Source: Candidatus Staskawiczbacteria bacterium RIFCSPHIGHO2_02_FULL_34_10 (GTDB lineage Bacteria > Patescibacteriota > Minisyncoccia > Minisyncoccales > Staskawiczbacteraceae). From it: a stretch of 15,619 bases of DNA. A model generated the notes under the pieces. It saw only the letters and a program-made list of their open reading frames with translations, made no database searches and was not told where the DNA came from. The stretch spans positions 18,240-33,858 of the forward strand of contig MHOR01000007.1 of the NCBI GenBank assembly GCA_001821915.1, in the 5' to 3' direction. This document shows positions 6,681 to 15,361 of the stretch, in pieces; positions within the stretch are counted from its first letter, which is position 1, and each line of letters begins with the position of its first letter. Position numbers and translations under genes: made by a program.

Positions 6681-8192
6681 ATGTTTAAAAAATATAACCA
6701 CCTAATACTTTTTGTCAGCTTATTTGTCTTGGTATTTTTTGCTTTAACTAATATTCAGTCTGTTTTAGCTCTTGAATTAAATTATCCTACACTCCCAGCT
6801 CCATTTAATATTGGGTGGAATGACTGTTCTAGCTCGGTACCATCGCCTACAGGAAATTGTCCGACTTTAACTCAATATATTGCTTATATTTTTTATTTCG
6901 CAGTGGTAGTGGCTGGAATAATAGGCGTTTTATCTATAATTATATCCGGCTTTCAAATATTATTATATGCTGGCAATCCATCTGCAATAAGCGCCGCGAA
7001 AGAAAGAATTTTTGGCTCTGTTTTAGGAATAATTCTTTTAATGTTTTCTCTTGTGCTTTTGCAAACTATAAACCCGGCACTTGTAAATGTGACTCAATCA
7101 GAGTTACTGCTTCAACCTGGACTTTATTATAGGGGTGACAACCCCAATCCTGGACCTACCACCCCCTATGTATATAAACCGGCGTCCACACAATCATCTA
7201 ATGTATTAACCGATTTACCTGCAGGATTTTCACATCTTTATTATAAATGCAACCCGCCCGGCAAAGCTCTTTTAGTTTGGACATATAGTAGAATAACCTG
7301 GAATTTAGACTATGTCGCAAATGGAAATTCAAATGCAACAACATTTCGCATACCATGTGGCTCTTCAATGAGTATAAGTCTTGATTCTGTAATGTCTTTT
7401 TATACAGCGTCCGAAGAACCTGGTGTTTATTTCTTTTTAAAAACTGGATGTGAGGGCTCTAGTACTACTGTCTTGCAAGAAAGCGGCCATATACCTGATT
7501 TTAGTTATATATATACTGAATTAGAACCACCAGTACTTTCATTAAGAATCGTTAATGAGGGTCTAATTCAAAAATATGCAGTGATTTTAAATAAAGATTA
7601 TGAATTTAAGAAAGAATGCAGCGCGCCACTTGGAATATTTAGTGGCACAATTGTAACCCCTCCACTCGAAGAAGGTAATTGTATTAATGTGTTGCCTCCC
7701 GATAAAGATGGAAATATATTTAATCCTTTTTCTGCATATATTATAAAACAACACGTTCAAGAATATCCGTCTATTTATACCGCTACTTTTTACAGTGGAA
7801 ATTTAGAGGCTAAATTTGAAAAACCTAATATAAAACAATGGTACTCATACGAGGGGAATATGAATCTTATTTTCACAAATAGGTGGCAAGATTCATCGAG
7901 AGTACCTCTGGATGCTTGGTATGCTGACCAATCCAAATGTAAAAATATAGTTGGTGATTACACTTGTTTAAACTATATAGAAAATGATGGATTTTTCAAC
8001 ATTATCCTTTATAGTAGTAATGAAAACGCACCTAATCCTAGTAGAACTAGATCTTGTGAAGTTTTCTTTAGTGAAAATTTAATCGCTGATGACCTTGACC
8101 TTCACTCAGATTATAATAATGCAAGTTATATAAATCTTTTACAGGGAGGTAGAAGTTTATATAGAATGGATATTATCCCTTATCCTAAATAA
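6681..8192 (+). CDS. Secreted/membrane protein: a cleavable signal peptide, a VirB2/TrbC-like pilin module (two hydrophobic helices separated by a short polar turn), and a roughly 360-aa Cys-rich extracellular domain with a Pro/Gly linker
   Basis: The N-terminus is MFKKYNHLILFVSLFVLVFFALTNIQSVLA, followed by the helix pair TQYIAYIFYFAVVVAGIIGVLSIIISGFQILLYAGNP…KERIFGSVLGIILLMFSLVLLQTINPAL, which is organised like the T4SS pilin families of CPR bacteria. A linker PGLYYRGDNPNPGPTTP follows. The C-terminal region has at least 12 Cys and no recognisable catalytic motif. Confidence 0.4.
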   Translation: MFKKYNHLILFVSLFVLVFFALTNIQSVLALELNYPTLPAPFNIGWNDCSSSVPSPTGNCPTLTQYIAYIFYFAVVVAGIIGVLSIIISGFQILLYAGNPSAISAAKERIFGSVLGIILLMFSLVLLQTINPALVNVTQSELLLQPGLYYRGDNPNPGPTTPYVYKPASTQSSNVLTDLPAGFSHLYYKCNPPGKALLVWTYSRITWNLDYVANGNSNATTFRIPCGSSMSISLDSVMSFYTASEEPGVYFFLKTGCEGSSTTVLQESGHIPDFSYIYTELEPPVLSLRIVNEGLIQKYAVILNKDYEFKKECSAPLGIFSGTIVTPPLEEGNCINVLPPDKDGNIFNPFSAYIIKQHVQEYPSIYTATFYSGNLEAKFEKPNIKQWYSYEGNMNLIFTNRWQDSSRVPLDAWYADQSKCKNIVGDYTCLNYIENDGFFNIILYSSNENAPNPSRTRSCEVFFSENLIADDLDLHSDYNNASYINLLQGGRSLYRMDIIPYPK

Positions 8193-8197
8193 TTATT

Positions 8198-8731
8198 TTA
8201 ACGGGAGCTAATAACTACACTCCTATTAATTCCTTCTCCTTGACTACCTGTAACAACGTCTTGCCGTTGAGCTAATTCCATATGTATTATTCTTCTTTCA
8301 TAAGCTGGCATAGGAGGCAGCGCTTTTTTTTCTTTAGTTAAAAACACTTGATCAGCTAGTTCATTAGCTATTTTTTTTAAATACTCAATTTTCCTTTTTT
8401 TATAGTCATTAATATCTAGTTTTAAATAAAAACTCTTTTGTAATTTTTTATTTAAAATTATTTTTAAAATTCTCTCTAGTTCAAATAAAGTTTGGCCTTC
8501 TTGCCCGATTAAAATTTGTGGCTCCTCTACTTTTATATCTAAGATAATTAGATCTATAATTTCACTATTTTGTAATTGAAAATCAATAATAGGTTGATTG
8601 GCCTCTAAAGATTTAGATTTTTTTTCTACAAAAGAAGTATTTAGTTCTATATTAAGAATTTTTATAGTCATTTTGTCTAAAAATTCTTGCAAAATACTTT
8701 TAATTTTTTCTAATTCTTCTTGATTTATCAT
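8198..8731 (-). CDS. jag: Jag/KhpB (R3H-domain RNA-binding protein, SpoIIIJ-associated)
   Basis: C-terminal R3H motif …YERRIIHMELAQRQDVVTGSQGEGINRSVVI. The gene sits immediately downstream of yidC in the conserved rpmH-rnpA-yidC-jag block. Confidence 0.8.
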   Translation of the reverse strand: MINQEELEKIKSILQEFLDKMTIKILNIELNTSFVEKKSKSLEANQPIIDFQLQNSEIIDLIILDIKVEEPQILIGQEGQTLFELERILKIILNKKLQKSFYLKLDINDYKKRKIEYLKKIANELADQVFLTKEKKALPPMPAYERRIIHMELAQRQDVVTGSQGEGINRSVVISSR

Positions 8732-8737
8732 ATTTTA

Positions 8738-9466
8738 TTAGGTGGGTTGCGCGCCTTTATTCTTATTAAAAATGAAGTATTGCTGTATTATAGAAAATAT
8801 TCCGCTTACTATCCAATATAAACCTAGCGCCGAAGGTAGTTTTAAAAGAATTATTATTGTTATAACTGGGAAAATATAAAGCATTTGTTTTTGCATAATA
8901 GAAGCCATATTTGCCTCCTTGGCTTGTTTTTTATTTAATTTAGGCGCTAGCATTTTTGTTTGAAAAAACTGTATAATTCCTGCTAATACAGCAAAGGTAA
9001 AATTTGGCTTTGATAAATTTACTACATTAAAAAACATCGCATTAATATGAATAGGATTTACAACAAAGTTATATAAACTATTAAGCGCTTCTGGCTTTAA
9101 TCCCTCCCAAAAAACCCTATATAAAGCAATTAATATAGGAAGCTGTATAATAATTAAAAATAATCCACTAAAGGGATTAATTTTTTCTTTACGATAAAGT
9201 TCTAGTGTTTCTTTAGCTTGTTTTTCTTTATCATCTTTAAATTTTCTTTGTATCTCCTCTATTTTTGGTTGTAATAATTGAAGAACTTTTTGGGAATTAA
9301 GGGCTTTTACTGAAATAGGATAAAGAATAAATCTTATAATTATTGTTACTAGTATTATTGTTAAGCCAAAATCATGTGTTGGTAGATAGTTATAAATTAA
9401 GACCAGAAAGTTAAAGAGGGGACGATATAAAAAAATATCAAAAATATTTACTAAAAATCCAAACAT
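8738..9466 (-). CDS. yidC: Membrane protein insertase YidC (short Oxa1-type form, 242 aa)
   Basis: Conserved YidC core …RFILYPISVKALNSQKVLQLLQPKIEEIQRKFKDDKEKQAKETLELYRKEKINPFSGLFLIIIQLPILIALYRVF…, with five hydrophobic helices. It lies between rnpA and jag. Confidence 0.9.
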   Translation of the reverse strand: MFGFLVNIFDIFLYRPLFNFLVLIYNYLPTHDFGLTIILVTIIIRFILYPISVKALNSQKVLQLLQPKIEEIQRKFKDDKEKQAKETLELYRKEKINPFSGLFLIIIQLPILIALYRVFWEGLKPEALNSLYNFVVNPIHINAMFFNVVNLSKPNFTFAVLAGIIQFFQTKMLAPKLNKKQAKEANMASIMQKQMLYIFPVITIIILLKLPSALGLYWIVSGIFSIIQQYFIFNKNKGAQPT

Positions 9467-9477
9467 TGCTTATTTAT

Positions 9478-9831
9478 TTAAATTAGATTTAATTTTTCGA
9501 AAACTTTAAATATATTACTTTTAACCTCTGAAAATTCTTTTTTTTCAATTCCAAATAAGGCAATGATTATAATATCTAATGGTTTTTTTATGCTATTTGG
9601 AGAATTTTTTTTAAAATTATTTAAAATTATAGATCTTAATCTTCTTTTTACTTTATTTCTTACAGTAGCTTTATTGGATACTTTCTTGCTAACTATAAAA
9701 CCGAAGCGACTTTCCTTTAAATGGTTTTTCATTGTCTTAAAAACTAAAAAATCATTTTTAAAACTCCTGCCTTTTTTAAAAACCAAATCAATATCTTTTT
9801 TTTTGGTCAACCTATTTATTTTTGGCAACAC
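9478..9831 (-). CDS. rnpA: RNase P protein component
   Basis: MLPKINRLTKKKDIDLVFKKGRSF…VRNKVKRRLR matches the RnpA N-terminal region and the RNR-type basic motif. It is downstream of rpmH. Confidence 0.9.
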   Translation of the reverse strand: MLPKINRLTKKKDIDLVFKKGRSFKNDFLVFKTMKNHLKESRFGFIVSKKVSNKATVRNKVKRRLRSIILNNFKKNSPNSIKKPLDIIIIALFGIEKKEFSEVKSNIFKVFEKLNLI

Positions 9832-9860
9832 GTAAGCTAATTCTTAATTTCTAATTTCTA

Positions 9861-9941
9861 ATTTTGAATAAATTCTAAATGATTTAATTTTAAAAACGTG
9901 TTTCTAAAATTTAAAATTCTTATTTTATTCGAAATTCAAAA
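9861..9941. repeat. ORF-less copy of the cassette arms (MITE-like or solo-IVS-like element) in the rpmH-rnpA spacer
   Basis: 9861-9890 matches 2330-2359, the left flank of cassette 1 in direct orientation, at 27 of 30 positions, including the exact 14-mer AAATGATTTAATTT. 9924-9941 is the exact reverse complement of 2324-2341, an 18 of 18 match. 9927-9941 matches the cassette 1 right arm ATTCGAAATT…CAAAA. Both arms are therefore present with only about 30 nt between them. Additional TAATTTC-type 7-nt tandem repeats lie at 9841-9868. Confidence 0.5.
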
Positions 9942-9963
9942 TTCTAAATTCGAATTTAAATTA

Positions 9964-10098
9964 CTATACCGATAACTTCTTTCTCCCTTTAGCCCTCCTT
10001 CTTTTAAGAACCTGTTCTCCTTTTTTAGTTTTTTTACGCACTAAAAAACCGTGTGTCCTTTTTCTTTTCTTCTTTTTTGGGTTATATGTAAAACTCAT
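9964..10098 (-). CDS. rpmH: 50S ribosomal protein L34, 44 aa (not in the supplied ORF track)
   Basis: The reverse complement translates to [44 protein letters not shown], which aligns convincingly with E. coli L34 (…[26 protein letters not shown]…). The ATG is at 10096-10098 and the stop is the complement of 9964-9966. Confidence 0.9.
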   Translation of the reverse strand: MSFTYNPKKKKRKRTHGFLVRKKTKKGEQVLKRRRAKGRKKLSV

Positions 10099-10389
10099 AG
10101 ATTGTATAATTATTTAGGTTAATATAATATGGGACTATTGGCTAGTATAGTATAAAAAGGCGCTCTGGTCAAATATATATATATTTGATTTAAACTTTTA
10201 ATTATCATTTTACATTTTAATATTTGCATTTTTAATTTTTATTATTGTGCGTCTTCATTAAAATATACAACACAACTTATCCACAGTTTAATAACATATA
10301 CGACTATTTTGTTTTGATTTGACTCTTTACTTTAAGGTTGATATTTTATTTATATAATTCAAAGTAATTAAAAATATAAATATAAAAAC
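10099..10389. promoter_or_regulatory. Probable oriC region in the rpmH-dnaA spacer, with an AT-rich unwinding element and divergent rpmH and dnaA promoters
   Basis: A 291-bp non-coding AT-rich spacer lies between the divergent rpmH and dnaA genes. It carries an (AT)n tract at 10174-10186 and one perfect DnaA box. Confidence 0.55.
10277..10285 (+). promoter_or_regulatory. Perfect DnaA box TTATCCACA
   Basis: Exact 9-mer consensus located 105 nt upstream of the dnaA ATG. Confidence 0.6.
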
Positions 10390-11751
10390 ATGGAAAATAG
10401 TGAACTTTGGCAATCAGTTTTAGCTCAGATGCAGCTTCATATTTCTAAGGCAAATTTTGCGACGTGGTTTCAAAATACTAGTATTGTCTCAAAAGAAAGT
10501 GAAAAGATTATAATTTCAGTTCCTAATGCTTTTTCTAAAGAATGGCTAAGTAATAAATATTACAAACTAATGCTTAAAACAATGCGCGATATAGACCACA
10601 CTATAAAAGAGTTAGAATTTACTATTAATCCACAATCCCTGAAAAAAAATATTATCGATAGAAAAACAGAAACCGAAAACGAAAAAATAGATATAGAACA
10701 ATTAAAATTTGATGAGTTTAAAGTTAATAGGGAAACTAATCTTAATCCCCGTTATACATTTGAAAATTTTGTTGTAGGATCATTTAATGACTTAGCTTAC
10801 GCTGCAAGCTTAGCCGTCTCAGAAAGCCCAGGACAGGCCTACAATCCATTATTTATTTATGGGGGTGTTGGATTAGGTAAAACTCATTTAATGCAGGCAA
10901 TTGGTAATAAAATAACAAATGACTCTAAAAAGAAAAAAGTAAAATACACTACCTCTGAAAAACTTGTTTCTAGTATTATTTCAGCTATTAGAAGCAATAC
11001 AATGGAGTCTTTTAAAGCTAGTTTAGCCCCAATTGATGTTTTAATTGTAGATGATGTGCAATTTATATCTGGCAAAATAAAAACTCAAGAAGAATTTTTT
11101 CATGTTTTTAATTCTTTATATGAAAAAAATAAACAAATAATACTTTCTTCAGATAGACCTCCAAACGCTATTCCAGAATTAGAAGAGAGGTTAAGGTCTA
11201 GGTTTGAAGGAGGTATGATTGCTGATGTTAATTTACCAGACTATGAAACAAGATTAGTAATCCTTAAAACAAAACTTCAGGAAAAAAACTTAAAACTACC
11301 AGAAGATGTATTAGAATATATTGCATCAAATGTTAAAAAAAATATTAGGGAATTAGAAGGAGCTTTAAATAGTTTATTAATTTATTGTAAAGTTAATAAC
11401 ACCCCCACTGTAGAAATAACTAAAAAATTATTAAAAGGTTTTGTTTTTTCGCCTTTTGATATTGCAAATTATAAAAAAATTATTGAAACAGTCGCTAAAT
11501 TTTATAATTTAGAAGAAAAAAACCTTTTTGACCAAACAAGAAGAAAAGAAATTGTAAAACCAAGACAAATAGCTATGTATTTATTAAGAAAAGAATTAAA
11601 ATATTCTTTTCCCACAATTGCGAGAAAATTTGGCGGCAAAGATCATACTACTGTAATATATGCATATAAAAAAATATTAAAAGAAAGTGAAGAAAATAAT
11701 AAACTAACAGAAGAATTAAGTTTAATAAAACAGAGAATATATAGTGGATAA
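10390..11751 (+). CDS. dnaA: Chromosomal replication initiator DnaA
   Basis: AAA+ Walker A GGVGLGKTHLMQAIGN and Walker B VLIVDDVQF. The domain IV HTH KPRQIAMYLLRKELKYSFPTIARKFGGKDHTTVIYAYKKI follows the conserved GG-DHTTV signature. Confidence 0.95.
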   Translation: MENSELWQSVLAQMQLHISKANFATWFQNTSIVSKESEKIIISVPNAFSKEWLSNKYYKLMLKTMRDIDHTIKELEFTINPQSLKKNIIDRKTETENEKIDIEQLKFDEFKVNRETNLNPRYTFENFVVGSFNDLAYAASLAVSESPGQAYNPLFIYGGVGLGKTHLMQAIGNKITNDSKKKKVKYTTSEKLVSSIISAIRSNTMESFKASLAPIDVLIVDDVQFISGKIKTQEEFFHVFNSLYEKNKQIILSSDRPPNAIPELEERLRSRFEGGMIADVNLPDYETRLVILKTKLQEKNLKLPEDVLEYIASNVKKNIRELEGALNSLLIYCKVNNTPTVEITKKLLKGFVFSPFDIANYKKIIETVAKFYNLEEKNLFDQTRRKEIVKPRQIAMYLLRKELKYSFPTIARKFGGKDHTTVIYAYKKILKESEENNKLTEELSLIKQRIYSG

Positions 11752-11796
11752 TATATATAATAAATCTATTAATTAAAAAATAAAAAATATATTCTA

Positions 11797-11808
11797 TTTA
11801 TCCCCACA
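11797..11808 (+). promoter_or_regulatory. Degenerate DnaA-box-like site TTATCCCCACA in the dnaA-dnaN spacer
   Basis: Matches the consensus with a single C inserted. It lies in a 204-bp AT-rich spacer. Confidence 0.2.
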
Positions 11809-11955
11809 ATATATTTATATATTTTTTAACTACTTTATTAACAGTTTATTTATTTTAATTTTATATATATTTTTATAATAAAAAATTACCAAAAATCATT
11901 AAAACATTATCTATAATAGTAATAATAATTTAATATATTAATAATTATAATAATT

Positions 11956-13083
11956 ATGAAAATAGAAATATTAAAAGAAAATCTAAAATCTGGACTTGGA
12001 ATTATAGAAAAAATTATTGGTAAGAATTTATCACTACCTATTTTAGATAATGTTTTAATAGATACAGAAGATAGTTTTTTAGTTTTAACTTCCACTGATT
12101 TAGAAACTGCTATTAAATTATGGATTTTAACTAAAATTATAAAAAAAGGCACAGTTGTTGTACCAGCAAAATTTCTTTCTAGTTTTATTTCTTCTTTACC
12201 AAACGAAAAAATTATAATGGAATCTAAAGAGCAAAAATTATATGTGGAATGTAGTAATATAAAAACACAAATTCAAGGATATAATACTGAGGACTTTCCA
12301 ATTATACCTAAATTTAATAACACTGAATTTATAGAAATAGATAATAAAAAGTTTTGCCAAGGATTATCTCAAATAATTGATATTGTTTCTATATCGCAAA
12401 ATAGGCCAGAAATTTCTGGTATTTATTTTTCTTTCTCAAAAAATAATATTAAAATTGTTGCCACTGACAGTTTTAGATTAGCAGAAAAAAATATCCAACT
12501 AGAAAAAAGTGTTAAAAAAGATTTTTCATTTATTTTACCCCAAAAACCAGCAAGAGAAATAATAAATATTTTGAATAGTAAAGAAGGGATTATTAGAATG
12601 TATTTTTCTAATAATCAAATATTATTTGAGTTTCCAATGAAAGAGATAGATCACCCTCAACTACAAATTACCTCTCGACTTATTGAGGGTGAATATCCTA
12701 ATTATCAAGATATTATTCCAAATAAATTTAAAACACTTATTACAATAAAAAGAGATGAATTTTTAAATCACATAAAAACAGCATCATTATTTTCTGGTAA
12801 AGTTAATGAGGTTAAACTTTTAATTAATGTAGATAAAAAAGAAGTGGAAGTTTTTGCTAAAAGTCCTGAGATAGGAGAAAATAAATCAAATTTTTCTGTA
12901 AAAATAGAAGGGGATCCAATAGAAGTTTCTTTTAATTATAAATATTTAATAGATGGACTTTTAAATATTAAAAGTTCTGAAATAATTTTTAAAATAAGTG
13001 AAAAAGAAGGTCCTTGTATTTTAGAGCCAGTTGGAGATAGTAGTTATATTTATGTAGTTATGCCTATTAAATCAATAAACTAA
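11956..13083 (+). CDS. dnaN: DNA polymerase III beta sliding clamp
   Basis: MKIEILKENLKSGLGIIEKIIGKNLSLPILDNVLIDTEDSFLVLTSTDLETAI… is the classic DnaN N-terminus. The 375-aa size is typical, and the gene is immediately downstream of dnaA. Confidence 0.9.
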   Translation: MKIEILKENLKSGLGIIEKIIGKNLSLPILDNVLIDTEDSFLVLTSTDLETAIKLWILTKIIKKGTVVVPAKFLSSFISSLPNEKIIMESKEQKLYVECSNIKTQIQGYNTEDFPIIPKFNNTEFIEIDNKKFCQGLSQIIDIVSISQNRPEISGIYFSFSKNNIKIVATDSFRLAEKNIQLEKSVKKDFSFILPQKPAREIINILNSKEGIIRMYFSNNQILFEFPMKEIDHPQLQITSRLIEGEYPNYQDIIPNKFKTLITIKRDEFLNHIKTASLFSGKVNEVKLLINVDKKEVEVFAKSPEIGENKSNFSVKIEGDPIEVSFNYKYLIDGLLNIKSSEIIFKISEKEGPCILEPVGDSSYIYVVMPIKSIN

Positions 13084-13100
13084 AAATTAAAGGTTAAAAT

Positions 13101-13130
13101 AAAAAACTCGCCTATAGGCGAGTTTTTTAT
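13101..13130. terminator. Bidirectional rho-independent terminator between convergent dnaN and the PBP gene
   Basis: AAAAAACTCGCC TATA GGCGAGTTTTTT. An 8-bp stem (AACTCGCC/GGCGAGTT) with a TATA loop, flanked by an A-run and a T-run. Confidence 0.65.
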
Positions 13131-13131
13131 T

Positions 13132-15258
13132 TTAGTTATTTAAATTGAGCCACTTTTTAATACCTTCTTCCCATTGAATATACATAGGATCTGAATTTGG
13201 ATTTTGGATTGGCTGACCTAATGGATTATTTTTATCTATATAATGTAAAATACTATGTGGCTCTTCTCCTTCTGGAAATTTTCCAAGTAAGATAGGATTT
13301 ATATTTTGGATAGGATCTGGTTTTATAAAATTTTCTATTTCGTGGGAGTTTAATGATTTTTCTATAACTTTTCTCCATATAGGGGCTGCTAAACCAATGC
13401 CCGTTTTCTTATTTGTTGAAGAATTATCATTATTACCAACCCAAACTCCAACAACTACAAATGGACTATATCCTATTGTCCATGCGTCATTATAATATTG
13501 AGTTGTACCTGTTTTAGCAGCAACTTGGTATTTATCAAAATATAAAGCATTGTTTTGGCCAAACATTGGAGTTCTTGCATTATTATCTGACAATATATCA
13601 TTAATTTTTCTTGCTGTTTGAGTATCTAAAACTTTTGTGGATTGTTTTGTATTTTGTTCTATTATATTTCCATTATTATCTTCTATTTTTAAAATACTCA
13701 CAGGTGGAGTTTTTAACCCCTCTGTTGCAAAAATACCATATGCAGATGTAATTTCTAGTAATGTTACCTCTCCACCCCCTAAAACCAAAGATAATCCATA
13801 TTTATCTGGTTCATTTAACGTTGTAATACCAAACGAACGCGCAGTTTCTAAACTATCTTTTAATCCACTTAAATATAAAAGCTCTACGGAAGGGATATTA
13901 AGAGATTGAGCTAAAGATGATCTTAAGGAAATCATCCCTCTATTTTTACCGTCATAATCTTGTGGATGATAACAATCTAATCCATATTTATCTTTTTCTT
14001 GAGTACTATCGGGATTACAATTTAAATTAAATTCTGTCTTAACGTCCCATAAAATAGTGTCTGGCGTATATCCTTTTTTAAGCGCAGTGGCGTATACAAA
14101 TGGCTTAAAAGAAGATCCTGGTTGACGAAGACCGAGCGTTGCTACATCAAATTTTGGATCAAATAAACAACTACCGCTTGCTTTTTCATCACACCCTTTT
14201 GGATAAGAATCTTCAAAATAATCTTTTGACCCTATTAAGGACAAAATTTCTCCTGTTTTAGGATCAATAACAACTATAGCTGTATTATTAGCATCAAATT
14301 TCACATTTGTTTTATCTGCCTCTTTTACCACTTCTTCGGTATAGTTTTGTAGTTCCCAGTCTAGTGTTGTATAAACTTTTAACCCCTTTTGCTGTAGAAA
14401 ATCTTGGCCATATTTATTCTCTAAATATTGCTTTATATACATTACAAAATGAGGGGCTTTAATTGGCGTTAAGGAATCAGAGAAGTTTAAGCTTTCTTCT
14501 TTGGCTTGTGATAATTGTTCACTATTAATATAGCCAAGATCTTTCATTCTTTCTAAAATAGTATCTTTTCTTTTTAAAAGCAAGTTTTTATGTGAACCGT
14601 ATGGCGAATAGTAGCTAGGAGCAGGTATTAGCGCGGTTAGGACAGCACTTTGCGCTAAGGATAAATTAGACGCAGATTTATTAAAGTATGTTTGGCTTGC
14701 TGCTTCAATACCATAGGAGTTTTCACCAAAAGGTATTTCATTTAAATACCAATTAAAAATTTGGTCTTTAGAATATCTTCTTTCTAGTTCTATACTTAAA
14801 ACTACTTCCCTCACCTTTCTTGATAGTGTTTTTTGTTTAGTTAAATAAACTGATCTTATTAATTGCTGTGTTATTGTTGACGCGCCAGTGCTGGCTTTTT
14901 GAAGCTTTAAATCAATTAATACAGACCTTATAATTGCTAAAAAATCAATTCCGCCATGCTGATAAAATCTATAGTCTTCAGAAGCTAAAACAGCATGTTT
15001 TAAATTATCTGAGATTTTATCAAATGAAATAATTTCTCTTTTTTCTTCTCCATAAATATCATACAAAAGAAATTTGCCCGTCCTATCATATATTTTAGTG
15101 GACTGTATAAATGGGCTTTCAGTAAACTTTTCTGGTCTAGGTAGGTCATAAGTATAGTAGAAAAATAAAAACAAAACAAAAAGCGCCAAGGCTAAAAGTA
15201 AAAAAGCCAGCCATTTTCCGATTAATAATAAAATTCTTATGTTCTTATTTTTTACCAT
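13132..15258 (-). CDS. ponA: Class A penicillin-binding protein (bifunctional glycosyltransferase/transpeptidase, PBP1A-type), 708 aa with an N-terminal TM anchor
   Basis: GT51 motifs EDYRFYQHGGID and GASTITQQL. Transpeptidase motifs SSFKP (SxxK), SLN and KTGTT. N-terminal anchor ILLLIGKWLAFLLLALALFVLFLFF. Confidence 0.9.
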   Translation of the reverse strand: MVKNKNIRILLLIGKWLAFLLLALALFVLFLFFYYTYDLPRPEKFTESPFIQSTKIYDRTGKFLLYDIYGEEKREIISFDKISDNLKHAVLASEDYRFYQHGGIDFLAIIRSVLIDLKLQKASTGASTITQQLIRSVYLTKQKTLSRKVREVVLSIELERRYSKDQIFNWYLNEIPFGENSYGIEAASQTYFNKSASNLSLAQSAVLTALIPAPSYYSPYGSHKNLLLKRKDTILERMKDLGYINSEQLSQAKEESLNFSDSLTPIKAPHFVMYIKQYLENKYGQDFLQQKGLKVYTTLDWELQNYTEEVVKEADKTNVKFDANNTAIVVIDPKTGEILSLIGSKDYFEDSYPKGCDEKASGSCLFDPKFDVATLGLRQPGSSFKPFVYATALKKGYTPDTILWDVKTEFNLNCNPDSTQEKDKYGLDCYHPQDYDGKNRGMISLRSSLAQSLNIPSVELLYLSGLKDSLETARSFGITTLNEPDKYGLSLVLGGGEVTLLEITSAYGIFATEGLKTPPVSILKIEDNNGNIIEQNTKQSTKVLDTQTARKINDILSDNNARTPMFGQNNALYFDKYQVAAKTGTTQYYNDAWTIGYSPFVVVGVWVGNNDNSSTNKKTGIGLAAPIWRKVIEKSLNSHEIENFIKPDPIQNINPILLGKFPEGEEPHSILHYIDKNNPLGQPIQNPNSDPMYIQWEEGIKKWLNLNN

Positions 15259-15335
15259 CTAATTATGTTATTAATTTATTCTCCCACTAACATTAGTGAT
15301 TTTAATCTTTTTAAACCTTATTTTATTGTTATATT

Positions 15336-15361
15336 AGTATCATAGACTAGTCTATGATACT
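15336..15361. promoter_or_regulatory. Perfect 26-bp palindrome AGTATCATAGACTAGTCTATGATACT, 78 nt upstream of the PBP start; candidate operator
   Basis: The sequence is its own reverse complement and lies in the PBP 5' region. It is followed by a GC-rich patch (GCACCCCTGCCGACGGAGCGACGAGG, 15389-15414) that is unusual for this genome. Confidence 0.3.

Noticed and set aside
6857-7132. Plus-strand 91-aa ORF
   Set aside because: An out-of-frame overlap inside the pilin-like gene.
9563-9835. Plus-strand 90-aa ORF
   Set aside because: Antisense to rnpA. It is a hydrophobic low-complexity artefact of AT-rich sequence.
10338-10358. dnaA promoter with TTGATA…TATAAT
   Set aside because: The spacer between the hexamers is only about 9 nt, which is not a plausible sigma70 geometry. 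The promoter is presumably elsewhere in the spacer.
10884-11075. Minus-strand 63-aa ORF
   Set aside because: Antisense inside dnaA.
11907-12152. Minus-strand 81-aa ORF
   Set aside because: Overlaps the dnaN start. Its product is poly-Ile/Tyr low-complexity.
13637-13909. Plus-strand 90-aa ORF
   Set aside because: Antisense inside the PBP gene.
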